Part shown: positions 38,012 to 47,900 of the stretch, piece after piece | Layout of the letters: the number at the start of each line of letters is the position of its first letter | How positions within the stretch are numbered: the first letter of the stretch is position 1 | DNA from: an uncultured Pseudomonadales bacterium | GTDB lineage: Bacteria; Patescibacteriota; Microgenomatia; UBA1400; PJMF01 | NCBI GenBank assembly: GCA_964521215.1 | Contig: CAZFRD010000002.1 | Span: 10,798 to 74,797, forward strand | Direction of reading: 5' to 3' | DNA length: 64,000 nt | Position numbers and translations under genes: made by a program | Notes under the pieces: model-generated | Told to the model about the DNA's origin: nothing | The model's input: only the letters and a program-made list of their open reading frames with translations | The model's database searches: none

Positions 38012-39760
38012 ATGAAATTAACCGCTCAGGTGGTCAAGTTGTGTTTGGTTGTTTTAGTGAGCGGTTTGCTTTTTACTTCTACCCTTGCTTTTGCCGGAGT
38101 AATTAGCGCACAAGATTCCAGTTCCAGTACCCCCAGTGAAGTCGACATCACTGCAGATGAATTAGCCGACTACCGTCTAGCCACAGCCGATTGTTCCACG
38201 CCATCGCTAGAATGTTTGGTCCGTAACGTTTCACGTTTTACTGCTATTGAGTGGGTGCAGGATATTATTGGCAAAGATAATAAGATCTGTATCGAGGAAG
38301 AAGGATGCACGGATCTAAGCAGTAATAATTCCGGCACCAATGTGGCAGATACTGGAGCCATCGGCAGTTTGTCTAACTTAATTACTGCCATGTATACCCA
38401 CCCCGTGGCAGACACCCAGACGTATGTGGCGTACGTGCTCAAATCTGCTCATATTACCGCTCCCGCCTACGCCCAGGGACTTGGGTTCTCTTCGCTTGAT
38501 CCAGTGCTCAATTTATGGACCACCTTTCGCAATATTGCCTACATGTTTTTTGTGCTGATTTTTGTAGTGGTGGGCTTCCTAATTATGTTCCGCCAAAAAG
38601 TCGGCCAGACGGCCATTACTGCCCAACAAGCGATTCCGCAAATCATTATTTCTCTAATTCTGGTTACTTTTTCCTACGCCATTGCTGGTTTGTTGATTGA
38701 TTTGATGTATGTGTTGATGGCACTAATCATTGGTGTTTTCTCTTCATTTTTTAGCGATGATGTTTTTGGCTATAACATTTTTCAGTTGGGAGGCAAGTTG
38801 TTCGAGGGTGCTGCAGATTTTTATCGCAACAAGGATTTTATTTCTGGCTTTTTAACAGGTCTTGATATCAATGGGGCTGCCAACCAAGTAGTCAGTTTAA
38901 TAAGCAGTTTGACGCTGATGATTATTCTAACGATAGCGATGTTGATTGGAATTGTGAGGTTGTTTTTCGAGCTACTAAAGTCATATGCCACTATTGTCAT
39001 CTCCGTAGTAGTAGCACCACTATTGCTGATGATGGGAGCTATTCCTGGTAGAAGCAATGCTTTTGGTTCATGGATCAAAACCCTAGTTGGCCACCTCTCA
39101 CCGTTCCCCGTAATCTTGATGGTGTTGGTGATGTTTTATGCTTTTACAGAAGGCGCAGTTAATGCTAGTAGTGGCGGTTTTATGCCACCATTTTTGCTCA
39201 ATGCCGGTAATGGTATTGGTGAAAGTATTATTGCGCTCATGAGTTTGGCCATTATTTTGGCTCTACCAGATATTGTGATAAAAATCAGAGATGGCATAGC
39301 GCCAAAGGATGCTTTTGGAGAACTGATAACTAACAAGGGCTGGAGTAACTTCAAAGATGGTTGGACGGGCAAGACCCCTTGGGGTAAAATGCCATTGGGA
39401 ATGAGTGGAAGGAATATTTCTAAGTTGGGTGTGGGTGCCACTACGGCTGGGGTAGGCGCAATTGGTGGTGCAGGAATTGGATTTGTTAAAGGAGGGGGAA
39501 CCATGAAAGAACGTCTCGGAAGAGCTGGTCAGTATGCTGGAGCTGGTGCGATTGGTGGCGCCATAGCACCTATCGCAATTCCCAAAGTGCCGAGATTGGT
39601 AAAAGGAATTGTAAAAGAAACTATGGGTAGTGCAGTTAGCTACACCGTTGGAGATGTTGTTGAAGAAAAGTTAGATCAGTTCAAAGCATACAGAGAAGAC
39701 AAAAAAGCTCAAAAGGGTGGAAATCGGAAGAGCGACGCTGCAGGTCTAGACAGAAACTAA
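38012..39760 (+). CDS. VirB6/TrbL-like polytopic membrane protein (T4SS channel component candidate)
   Basis: The start was moved to the ATG at 38012 (MKLTAQVV..., signal peptide). A ~170-aa Cys-containing extracytoplasmic domain is followed by at least 6 TM helices and a Gly-rich charged C-terminal tail. The topology and size are typical of VirB6/TrbL/PrgH-like proteins, but there is no sequence-motif proof. Confidence 0.45.
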   Translation: MKLTAQVVKLCLVVLVSGLLFTSTLAFAGVISAQDSSSSTPSEVDITADELADYRLATADCSTPSLECLVRNVSRFTAIEWVQDIIGKDNKICIEEEGCTDLSSNNSGTNVADTGAIGSLSNLITAMYTHPVADTQTYVAYVLKSAHITAPAYAQGLGFSSLDPVLNLWTTFRNIAYMFFVLIFVVVGFLIMFRQKVGQTAITAQQAIPQIIISLILVTFSYAIAGLLIDLMYVLMALIIGVFSSFFSDDVFGYNIFQLGGKLFEGAADFYRNKDFISGFLTGLDINGAANQVVSLISSLTLMIILTIAMLIGIVRLFFELLKSYATIVISVVVAPLLLMMGAIPGRSNAFGSWIKTLVGHLSPFPVILMVLVMFYAFTEGAVNASSGGFMPPFLLNAGNGIGESIIALMSLAIILALPDIVIKIRDGIAPKDAFGELITNKGWSNFKDGWTGKTPWGKMPLGMSGRNISKLGVGATTAGVGAIGGAGIGFVKGGGTMKERLGRAGQYAGAGAIGGAIAPIAIPKVPRLVKGIVKETMGSAVSYTVGDVVEEKLDQFKAYREDKKAQKGGNRKSDAAGLDRN

Positions 39761-39880
39761 TACTATAATTCTTGCACAATCCGCACAAGTTTTCTATTTT
39801 CTAATAACTTAACTACCAAGTAAGAAATTAACGCTTTCCAATCGTTCGAACCATCAACGTGAGTAATCTCAAATTTACTC

Positions 39881-42800
39881 TTATATATCAAACAGCTCTT
39901 TTCTTGATCTTTCAGACGCATTTAGAAGCGACTCTTCGATGAGTCTCTGCATCTTATCAATTTCCTTATTGATCTTCTTAGAATGTTCGCCTGTAATGAA
40001 TCCCGCTTTCACTGCAACTCGTAAAATATCCCTTACCTGACTTCTTTTCAATGCAACAGAAAGCTCTGCTACCTGAAAGTTGTGATGAATTAAGCCAAGA
40101 AGGTACATATATTGAAAATCAAACTGTATTTCTTTGGCCTTTAAGTTTGCCTCTTTCGCTAATTTACTTAAGTCGTCTGCCAACTTAGCGTTCCCACTCG
40201 CCCTAGCACTCTTTGCGCGTTCTCCCAATACAACCGCTTCATTCATTTGGTCCCTCAAACCATAAATAAACGGGTGCAAATAGGTAAGTGTATTGGTCAA
40301 TCTTTGATATGTCGACACCTGACTATATTCGCTTGAATTGAGTCCCGTTTTGATTAGTTCTCCCTTGATAAAATGAGCGGTGTTTTTCATTTGCCTGTAC
40401 CACGTTGCCAACGCATCTTCTTCAATATTGTCCCATGGCATATTCTCTACCATAAGCTCTCCCTGCGCATTCCTATATGACATAAAGTCAATAATGTTGC
40501 CTTTTGCATCCAAGTTAGTCGTCATCTTTCTTTTGTACTCAACCCCATCTTTGTTGACGGTGTATACCGTACCTTCATAACAATGATGAAAGAATCCAGG
40601 AAACAAATCCCACCTCGTATCTAATCGATCTCTTTTGCCAGGAGGTAAAACATAAATTACCGGCTTCGCGTGACCAGCAACTCCCCGCTGATCATTGTAA
40701 TCAAAATATCCTGTCAGAGTAATTTGTGGACCTGATTCAGCATCTTTGCCTTTGTATTTCCTTCTAAATTCAGAAAAGTGGATCACCTCTCGAACCTGAT
40801 CCTTAATTACCGCTGCATTTAAGATATCTAACTCACTTGCGCGAAAAAGCGATCTATACAGCCTATAGGCAATCATTGCGGAGGCGGGGTCGGTTTGACT
40901 TGTAACAAACTTTATCACCCTGTCTCTATCTGCTGTAAGCGTAGAACTATCAACATCTGGCAGCGCTGGTTCTTGACCGGTCATAATTCTATCCATAATT
41001 CTCCACGCTGCACCAACTTTCTTGTGACGAAATAAGTGACCGAGTTGCGAACTTCTAAGATCAACCTCGTTTTGCCGAATTGTTTCAATCATTATGTCCT
41101 GGGTACTTTCAACCATTCTATAAACATCATTAAGTTCTTTTCGGGCGCTGATCATCGTTGAAATATAGTCAACTTCTGCCTGAGCAATTTTGCCTTGAGC
41201 AACCAAACTAGATAACTTGTCCCTCATTGCAATCATTGCGTTGTATTCACCTACGTTAATTGTGTCTTTAAAGCCGGCATAAGTTTCCTCTATCTTTAGA
41301 ATTTTTGCTTCAAACCACTCTCTGCTCACAACCTCTGGCTGCTCTTTACTTCTTCTAATGCACTGATCCAAGTGGCGAGTGGCCTCACCATAGTTGGTGT
41401 TTAGACCTGAAATAGCTGATCCAACTGATTTACTTTGTGGAAATTTTTTTGAATTATCCAATAAATTCTGACTTATTACAAGATTGTGTGCATCTGTTAG
41501 TCTTAATTTAAACCCAGGATTTGCTAGGGTGCCACTTTCTAACATTGCGGTGTCATAACAGGTAGCCCCAGTTGTTCCACAGTGTGGTGCAATATTTTTC
41601 GCTATATCGATTGCCCTTACTTCCCTAATTATTTTTGTTAAAGCAATTATTTCTGGCTGCTTTTCCCACTCTTCTTTACCAGCGGTATCAATTCTTTCCT
41701 TTAATAATGCGTCAGCTTTTTGTTTTCGCTTTAGCAATTCTAATCTCGCCTTCTCAATCTGAGGATTTGGCGATGGATTTTCAATCAAATGTGCAATAGA
41801 ACTACTTCGAGCTTCTAAGCCCTGTGATAGAATTACGGCATTGGCATAAGATTTCGTTGTCACCAATGAGTTACCACCCGTATCTATAATACTATCAATG
41901 AACACAGCTAGTTGATTCACATCAGTTTTCCACTTGGTAAATTCAAGTACTTGACCGGTCTCCAACTTTATTTGTTTCAGCTCATCAAGACACTTTTGTG
42001 CTGGAATCCAATACTTCTGAGACAAATAGTCCTCGTAAATTTTTCCAGAAACTTTACTTGCCAATAGTGTTTTATTACTATCAAGCTGTGTCTCAATTTG
42101 CGAGATATGTAAGAAATTAGGAGAACCTAAGGAAATTGCCTGTCTGGCTTGCTCGGTGATTACTCTAAGCATTTGAAGGCTTGGGGTTGTTTTTTCCAAA
42201 TTTGACTTCCACTGCTCGAAAACTCTAGTTACTAAACCAAGCTCTAACTTATCTAGTCGACTACCGACATGATCTTTAAGTTCTTCGGCACTCAATCTTT
42301 CTTCATTTATGGTACTTCCAGATAATACGCGAATGGCTCTCTCAAATGAAACTCTTGTATTACGAATAACTTCGAGAGCATTGTTACCAGTATATTCAGG
42401 CAGCGGTATGGTTGGATCAAAATTGGTGTCTACTAGTTTTTTTTCTAGATCATCGATTGATCGCTGGACCCCAGAAATAATCGTATCTAACCCATTCTCT
42501 TTCGCACTGGGAATAACTAGTTCTTGTAATCGACCTATGGCCTTTTGAATTCGCTTAAGTCTAGATCCAGCAATATCTGACCAAGAGTTCTTGAGTCGAG
42601 TAGCCTCAAGATGCGCGTCTTTGTCTGAAAATGCTTGGGCTACCAACAACTCTAATGCTGATTCGATTTGTTCAGCTTCTTCAACTAGGATTTCTAGTTC
42701 ATTTTGTGTACTCGGCAAAGTCATCGAATCCTGGATCCACTTTCTTACTAACATGTCTGCTGCTATTATTTTCTCTTCAATTAGATTGGGGGCTAATTCC

Positions 42801-43093
42801 AGCGCAACCCGGTCATTAACTTGAACGACTTCTTCAGGTTCAATTTCATCTTGAGTTGCGTGACTTTTTTGGTAATCAGATTGAGTAATACCAAATTTTT
42901 CAAGCAGCACTATTTTAAAAGATTCTGGAATATTTTTCGATTTATCGAGCCCACGAAGCATCTCGATAAGTTCATTTCTGAGCTTTTCCACTGGCTCAGT
43001 ATCTAATGATTTTGTTGCACGCACTAAGGCTTGCGAAAATTCTGCCAGCGAATACACACTACCACCTGATATCTCTCCTCTTGGTTCAGTCAT
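39881..43093 (-). CDS. Large soluble protein of unknown function (1070 aa)
   Basis: Long alpha-helical, charged sequence with no TM segment, Walker motif or HUH/relaxase motif recognised. It is transcribed opposite to the surrounding T4SS genes. Confidence 0.4.
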   Translation of the reverse strand: MTEPRGEISGGSVYSLAEFSQALVRATKSLDTEPVEKLRNELIEMLRGLDKSKNIPESFKIVLLEKFGITQSDYQKSHATQDEIEPEEVVQVNDRVALELAPNLIEEKIIAADMLVRKWIQDSMTLPSTQNELEILVEEAEQIESALELLVAQAFSDKDAHLEATRLKNSWSDIAGSRLKRIQKAIGRLQELVIPSAKENGLDTIISGVQRSIDDLEKKLVDTNFDPTIPLPEYTGNNALEVIRNTRVSFERAIRVLSGSTINEERLSAEELKDHVGSRLDKLELGLVTRVFEQWKSNLEKTTPSLQMLRVITEQARQAISLGSPNFLHISQIETQLDSNKTLLASKVSGKIYEDYLSQKYWIPAQKCLDELKQIKLETGQVLEFTKWKTDVNQLAVFIDSIIDTGGNSLVTTKSYANAVILSQGLEARSSSIAHLIENPSPNPQIEKARLELLKRKQKADALLKERIDTAGKEEWEKQPEIIALTKIIREVRAIDIAKNIAPHCGTTGATCYDTAMLESGTLANPGFKLRLTDAHNLVISQNLLDNSKKFPQSKSVGSAISGLNTNYGEATRHLDQCIRRSKEQPEVVSREWFEAKILKIEETYAGFKDTINVGEYNAMIAMRDKLSSLVAQGKIAQAEVDYISTMISARKELNDVYRMVESTQDIMIETIRQNEVDLRSSQLGHLFRHKKVGAAWRIMDRIMTGQEPALPDVDSSTLTADRDRVIKFVTSQTDPASAMIAYRLYRSLFRASELDILNAAVIKDQVREVIHFSEFRRKYKGKDAESGPQITLTGYFDYNDQRGVAGHAKPVIYVLPPGKRDRLDTRWDLFPGFFHHCYEGTVYTVNKDGVEYKRKMTTNLDAKGNIIDFMSYRNAQGELMVENMPWDNIEEDALATWYRQMKNTAHFIKGELIKTGLNSSEYSQVSTYQRLTNTLTYLHPFIYGLRDQMNEAVVLGERAKSARASGNAKLADDLSKLAKEANLKAKEIQFDFQYMYLLGLIHHNFQVAELSVALKRSQVRDILRVAVKAGFITGEHSKKINKEIDKMQRLIEESLLNASERSRKELFDI

Positions 43094-43172
43094 TTACAAT
43101 ATTATATCAAGAAATGGCAAGAGCTAACAGACCTCACTTGTTGAATTGATTGTTATGATGTAGTCTGAATAC

Positions 43173-44228
43173 ATGAGTGAAAATGAGTACAACCCCGAAA
43201 ACGATGCTAGTGCTGGTTTCACCTCAGCGATGGAGGCTGGCAATGGAGCTGCAACAAAAACGGTGCCCGAAGTTGGTGATGGTCAAGCACAATTGAACGC
43301 AACGAACTCAGGCACGATTCAAGAAGATTCGACCCAAGAGTCAATAAGCATTAACGCCACACTTACAGAACAAATGCCAGCTTACCTCAATGCCCTAGAG
43401 GAACAGCTCGAAATTGGCGAAGATGTCTGGAACTATGAAAAAGCAGATGAATTAATTAAGCACATTGCCCCTAATAACGAAGTTCGTGAAGAAATACGAC
43501 GAAACCACCCCTCACTAGAAGAGAAATTGCTTGTTCTAGAGGAACAAAACGAAAAGGCTAGGCTTAAGAGACAAAATACATTACTATCCGAGCTAGCTAT
43601 GGAGGAGGAATTATCCCAAGCGGTTCAAGGCATAGACCTTGAAAGCAGTGGAGTAGATCAAGTACTGGTTGATGATTTGAAACCTGTTGAAAACGAAAAA
43701 ATATTTATCGATCTGGATGAAGATGGGAACGAAGGGGATGCGACCGGTACAATTAGGACGGAGCGAGAGGAGCATTCAATTGGTTCAAAAGCATTATTTG
43801 TGTTGTTGGTTCTGTATGATATTACCCAAGGTGGTCAGAGCTTGCGTGTAGCAGCAAGAACGGGTCAAGAACCTTTATTAGAGTTGATAGGGATCAATCC
43901 AGATAGGGCTAAAAGAATTATAGAAAAATCAAGAGCTCAAGAAAAACTCTTGTTCTCGCTATCTCCTGTTCGGCTTAAGGATTTCTTTGAAACAAAAATA
44001 AAAAGAGGTTACCGACAAGAAATCGTAACCTTTTTAGCTGGAATTTCTAGGGAGACTCGCGTCGATTTACTTAGTGGACGAGAGGTTCTTCCGAGAGGAC
44101 TAGGGCGATACTCTCATCTTCTTGATCAGGCTCAAATTCAACAGATCCTTGGTGCTTTAAAACCAGAAGATATTGACAGACTAGATCTGAATGACGTAGT
44201 CGCCCAACGACAACCAAATACAACATAG
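43173..44228 (+). CDS. Acidic hypothetical protein (351 aa)
   Basis: Glu/Asp-rich ORF transcribed divergently from the 1070-aa gene. No recognisable motif. Confidence 0.35.
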   Translation: MSENEYNPENDASAGFTSAMEAGNGAATKTVPEVGDGQAQLNATNSGTIQEDSTQESISINATLTEQMPAYLNALEEQLEIGEDVWNYEKADELIKHIAPNNEVREEIRRNHPSLEEKLLVLEEQNEKARLKRQNTLLSELAMEEELSQAVQGIDLESSGVDQVLVDDLKPVENEKIFIDLDEDGNEGDATGTIRTEREEHSIGSKALFVLLVLYDITQGGQSLRVAARTGQEPLLELIGINPDRAKRIIEKSRAQEKLLFSLSPVRLKDFFETKIKRGYRQEIVTFLAGISRETRVDLLSGREVLPRGLGRYSHLLDQAQIQQILGALKPEDIDRLDLNDVVAQRQPNTT

Positions 44229-44329
44229 TTTTTGTAGAAATTGCTCGTCCCAATTTAATATTGAATAGTGCAATTATTATCTGACTCGCTATACTAGAAA
44301 CTAGTATTAATCCAAATTAGGTTCTGTCT

Positions 44330-44824
44330 ATGGGAGATATCTTAACACCAACGCCAGATGATGTACTCAGAGAGGGACCCAAGTTCAGAAACGACAGAGT
44401 TACTTCTGTAGCCTATAAGCTAAATCGAGGTGCTGAAGTCACACTAAGTGAGCTCACCACCTTTTTAGAATCTCTTGCGCCTCCAAGCAACGAAGGTTTG
44501 CCATATTATGTCAAGAAAGTTGCAGATGGTGTTGCGAAAGAGAGAAAGATTAAGTTATTCCCCATATTATGGGGTGACTCATCAAAAATCATGGTTGGCT
44601 ATATACCAAATTCAGAACAACCCAACCAAGACAGCTTCTTTGACTTAAATAGCGTTAAGTTGGTTTGTGAGTTCGAACTTGGGAATGCTGGAGACTTCAA
44701 CCAAAAATCGCCATCTACTGAAGAGATTAGGCAAAAAATTGAGGCGTTTTTTGAAAAGCAAGATATGCATCGATCAATTAGAGACACCATTGATGCAATT
44801 CAAAAACAATTTACTGGTTTGTAG
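44330..44824 (+). CDS. Hypothetical protein (164 aa)
   Basis: ORF with an AGGT-type spacing before the ATG. No motif recognised. Confidence 0.35.
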   Translation: MGDILTPTPDDVLREGPKFRNDRVTSVAYKLNRGAEVTLSELTTFLESLAPPSNEGLPYYVKKVADGVAKERKIKLFPILWGDSSKIMVGYIPNSEQPNQDSFFDLNSVKLVCEFELGNAGDFNQKSPSTEEIRQKIEAFFEKQDMHRSIRDTIDAIQKQFTGL

Positions 44825-44915
44825 CTTTTTTCCTGAGTAATAAAAACCACCTCGAATTTATTCCTTCGTTTTCTCCCTCCCGCAGCAACAACAGAACCCG
44901 CTATAATTACAAGGT

Positions 44916-47900
44916 ATGGCGGATGATTCCTCTGAAAAAACTATTAGCCAACCAAAGAGGTTGGTCTCCGGCTTTGCCCTTAATAACCTTGCTCACAGAC
45001 AGTGGCTGGCGGTTTTTTTGGCTGGACTGCAAGAGGCGCTATTTAAAGAAAACAAACTAGTAGAAAACCTCAAAATACCAGTTTGGTTTGGTTCTAAACC
45101 CTCGTGGGTCATCTTAACCACCACCGACGCAAAGAGAGATCTCGACGATCCCGCTCGAGACGAGAAGTCTTTATTTCCCACCGACATCGTTTACCTAATA
45201 GTCGATCTGGCCATAAGACTTGATGTTCCCCGCAAAGAGATTGAATATTATCTATCGAACGCCACTAGAGATGGGGACCTGTTCATAGAATCCACTGTTT
45301 TAGACACTCAAACTATCACTGAACTGAAAACACTTGTTGACGAAATCGGTAAGAAATTAGAGTTGGTAACAAAACAAGAGGACAAACAGAAAGAAGAGGA
45401 GGCTCCACCGACATTGGAAAAAGGTCCAGCTGAAGCTGTCAAACCTGTTGCCCCACCCCAAAAGGGGGTTACAACCGCAGGGGTTAAACCCACCCCAACC
45501 GAAGGTGGAGATCAAGCTGAAACACAAGTTGAACTACCCGGAGCAGTCGCGGCCTCGACAGTCATAAGCGCTCAAGCCGCCGCCCGAACCAAGAGATATG
45601 AGTTTGCCTGGATCTACAACCATTTTTTGTTCGACCTGACAGGCAAATATGGCATTGAGCCAAGTGATGAGTTGAGGGCACAACTCCAAGGAATTGTTTC
45701 AGAGCATCTGGGCACTATTTCTCCAGATGAAATGGCTAGTTTTTTTGCCAATCCCACTGCGCGTTTAAGAGCGATTCAAGCTATTTACCAAAAACTTAAC
45801 CTTCAAGATGACTTTAAGCAAAAGCTCAGTAATCAATATGACACTTACCTGCTAACTGCCACTGATTCACAAAAACAACAATTCCTACAAAGCAACAACT
45901 TCGCAAATGGCGGGTTGAAGATAATCGAAAACTTACAGAATTTTCAATTAGAAAATAATCAGTCGGGAGTGATCAAACAAGCCGAGACAACGCTGGCTGG
46001 TCTCACTGGTACGGCCATTGACGGCCCAACGGCTTTAAACTTTGAACGAGCCATCGAGGCATTAGCTCTCACTATGGGTTCCAAAACCGTGGCAACAGAC
46101 TTGGGACTGAGTTACCCAGAAAATAAGGCAGACCTGGAGACCTTCATTAAGAAGCTCAGCGCCAAACAGATAGCCCAGATCTTTTTCCCCAACCCCAATA
46201 AGCCAGATGAAGTAGATGACAAGATACTGTTAGCTATTGAGCAAAATCTTAGCTCAATTCAAAATCTACTTACCGCTACTCTGCTGGCAACTTCGCTGGA
46301 AAAACTAGCCACCGCACCGAATGAGTTAAAAAAACTTGTCGGCATAGCAGTCTTTACTGACGATGATCTTAAAGGCGACCAGACCGCAATCGAATCTGCA
46401 ATCGTCAGTGTGCGAACGCTTACCGGCGCGATGCCGGTTACTGGCAAAGACGACGACGTAACTCCTGCAATTACCACCAGCCACACCCAGCAGCTAATGG
46501 AACAATACCAAAAGCGGGTGCAAAAAATTTGGGCGTCTTTGGAAGAAGAGTCTCAACTGCGGGCTTACTACGCCCTATTTGGACTAACTGAGGATCCTGC
46601 CAACCACCAAGTTTTGTTGGATAAAGTCCAGCACCTTAGAATACCGGGTAGCAACAAATTACCCTGGAATCCTAATTTGATCAACTTGATCAATTGGGAA
46701 GATTTCTTAAGAAAAGATTACAAAGAAAACCAAAGGGTCGCGGCTCTTCGCGCCAAAGCCGCCGAGGGCTTTACCAAAAACCTCAGTCAGCTCCAACTTG
46801 AACAACTGCAAATCAGCCACTTACTTAACGAACTAGAAAACGGCGTGGTCTATGCCGAGGGCGTTGCTCACAAAATCAACCAAAACGAAGATATTGTTGA
46901 TCTTGAATTCCGCTCGGTACTAAACACACTAGACTTAGTCACCACTCGTTTGGACTTACTTAAAAGTCGAAAATTGGCTGAAGATGATGAAAAATTCAAT
47001 GTTGCATTAAACGAAAGAGTTGACAACCTTTCCGGTCGCTGTACGACAGTTTTATCCACCCTAGCTGGCTATAACCGCTTGGCGGGCCTACTGCAGAATT
47101 ATCAAAATCTCACCTTGGTTGAAACCTATCAACTATCGCTTGAGTACGAAATTCCCGAAATTTTACTCTACCAAGTTGGGGATATTACTCAACCGGGTTT
47201 TAATCAGCAAGCTGAGTTGTCCGACAGAGTCACAGCCGATAACTTACTTGATGACCCTTCCTCAATGTCGCTCGGCCAACTCAATGCTGCTGCGAGAAAG
47301 AGCAACGAGCTACATCCTAGTCGACTCGATCAAATTAACCTTGCCAACCAAAACAATCAGGCGCTTAATGATCTAAAAAACATAGTTGGTGGAGTGGGAG
47401 AAATAGCTGCTCAGTCAAAAGGCAACTGGGTAGCTGCGGCCGGTCTGGGTATTAAGAAATACCTCACCGACAAGGAATTTCGCCAAAGCATCAACCGGAC
47501 AGCTAAAAGATACGCAAAAAAAATAGCCTTGTTAGGTGGAATTGTTGTTGGAGGTGGAGTAGCAATCGGATTGCTTCTTAGACATTTGCTAGGAATGGCT
47601 GGACAGTGGGGCGGGATGCTTGGAGGAGCGTTGGCTGGCGGCACCGTTGGAGCGGCACTTGGACCACTTGGAGTAATATTGGGAGCGGGAATTGGGGGAT
47701 ATTTAGGATATAACGTTGGAGCCAAAGCCGCCGCCCTCAATGCTTCATCTGGGGCGGAATTGCTATCACCCAGTAGTTCAGCCGCCCAACCGATTTTCCA
47801 AGAAGAAGTCCTTTCGTCCTCACCCGCCACTTTTCAATCTGCCACTAGTGGCACTGGCATGGAAGCTACCACCCCAGCTGCCGCCACAGCTTCCCCCGTT

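Noticed and set aside
39881-43093. The 1070-aa protein as a conjugative relaxase (MOBF/MOBP/MobT)
   Set aside because: There is no HUH (HxH) histidine triad, no Tyr-containing relaxase motif I near the N-terminus and no Rep_trans-like motifs. The size alone is not evidence.
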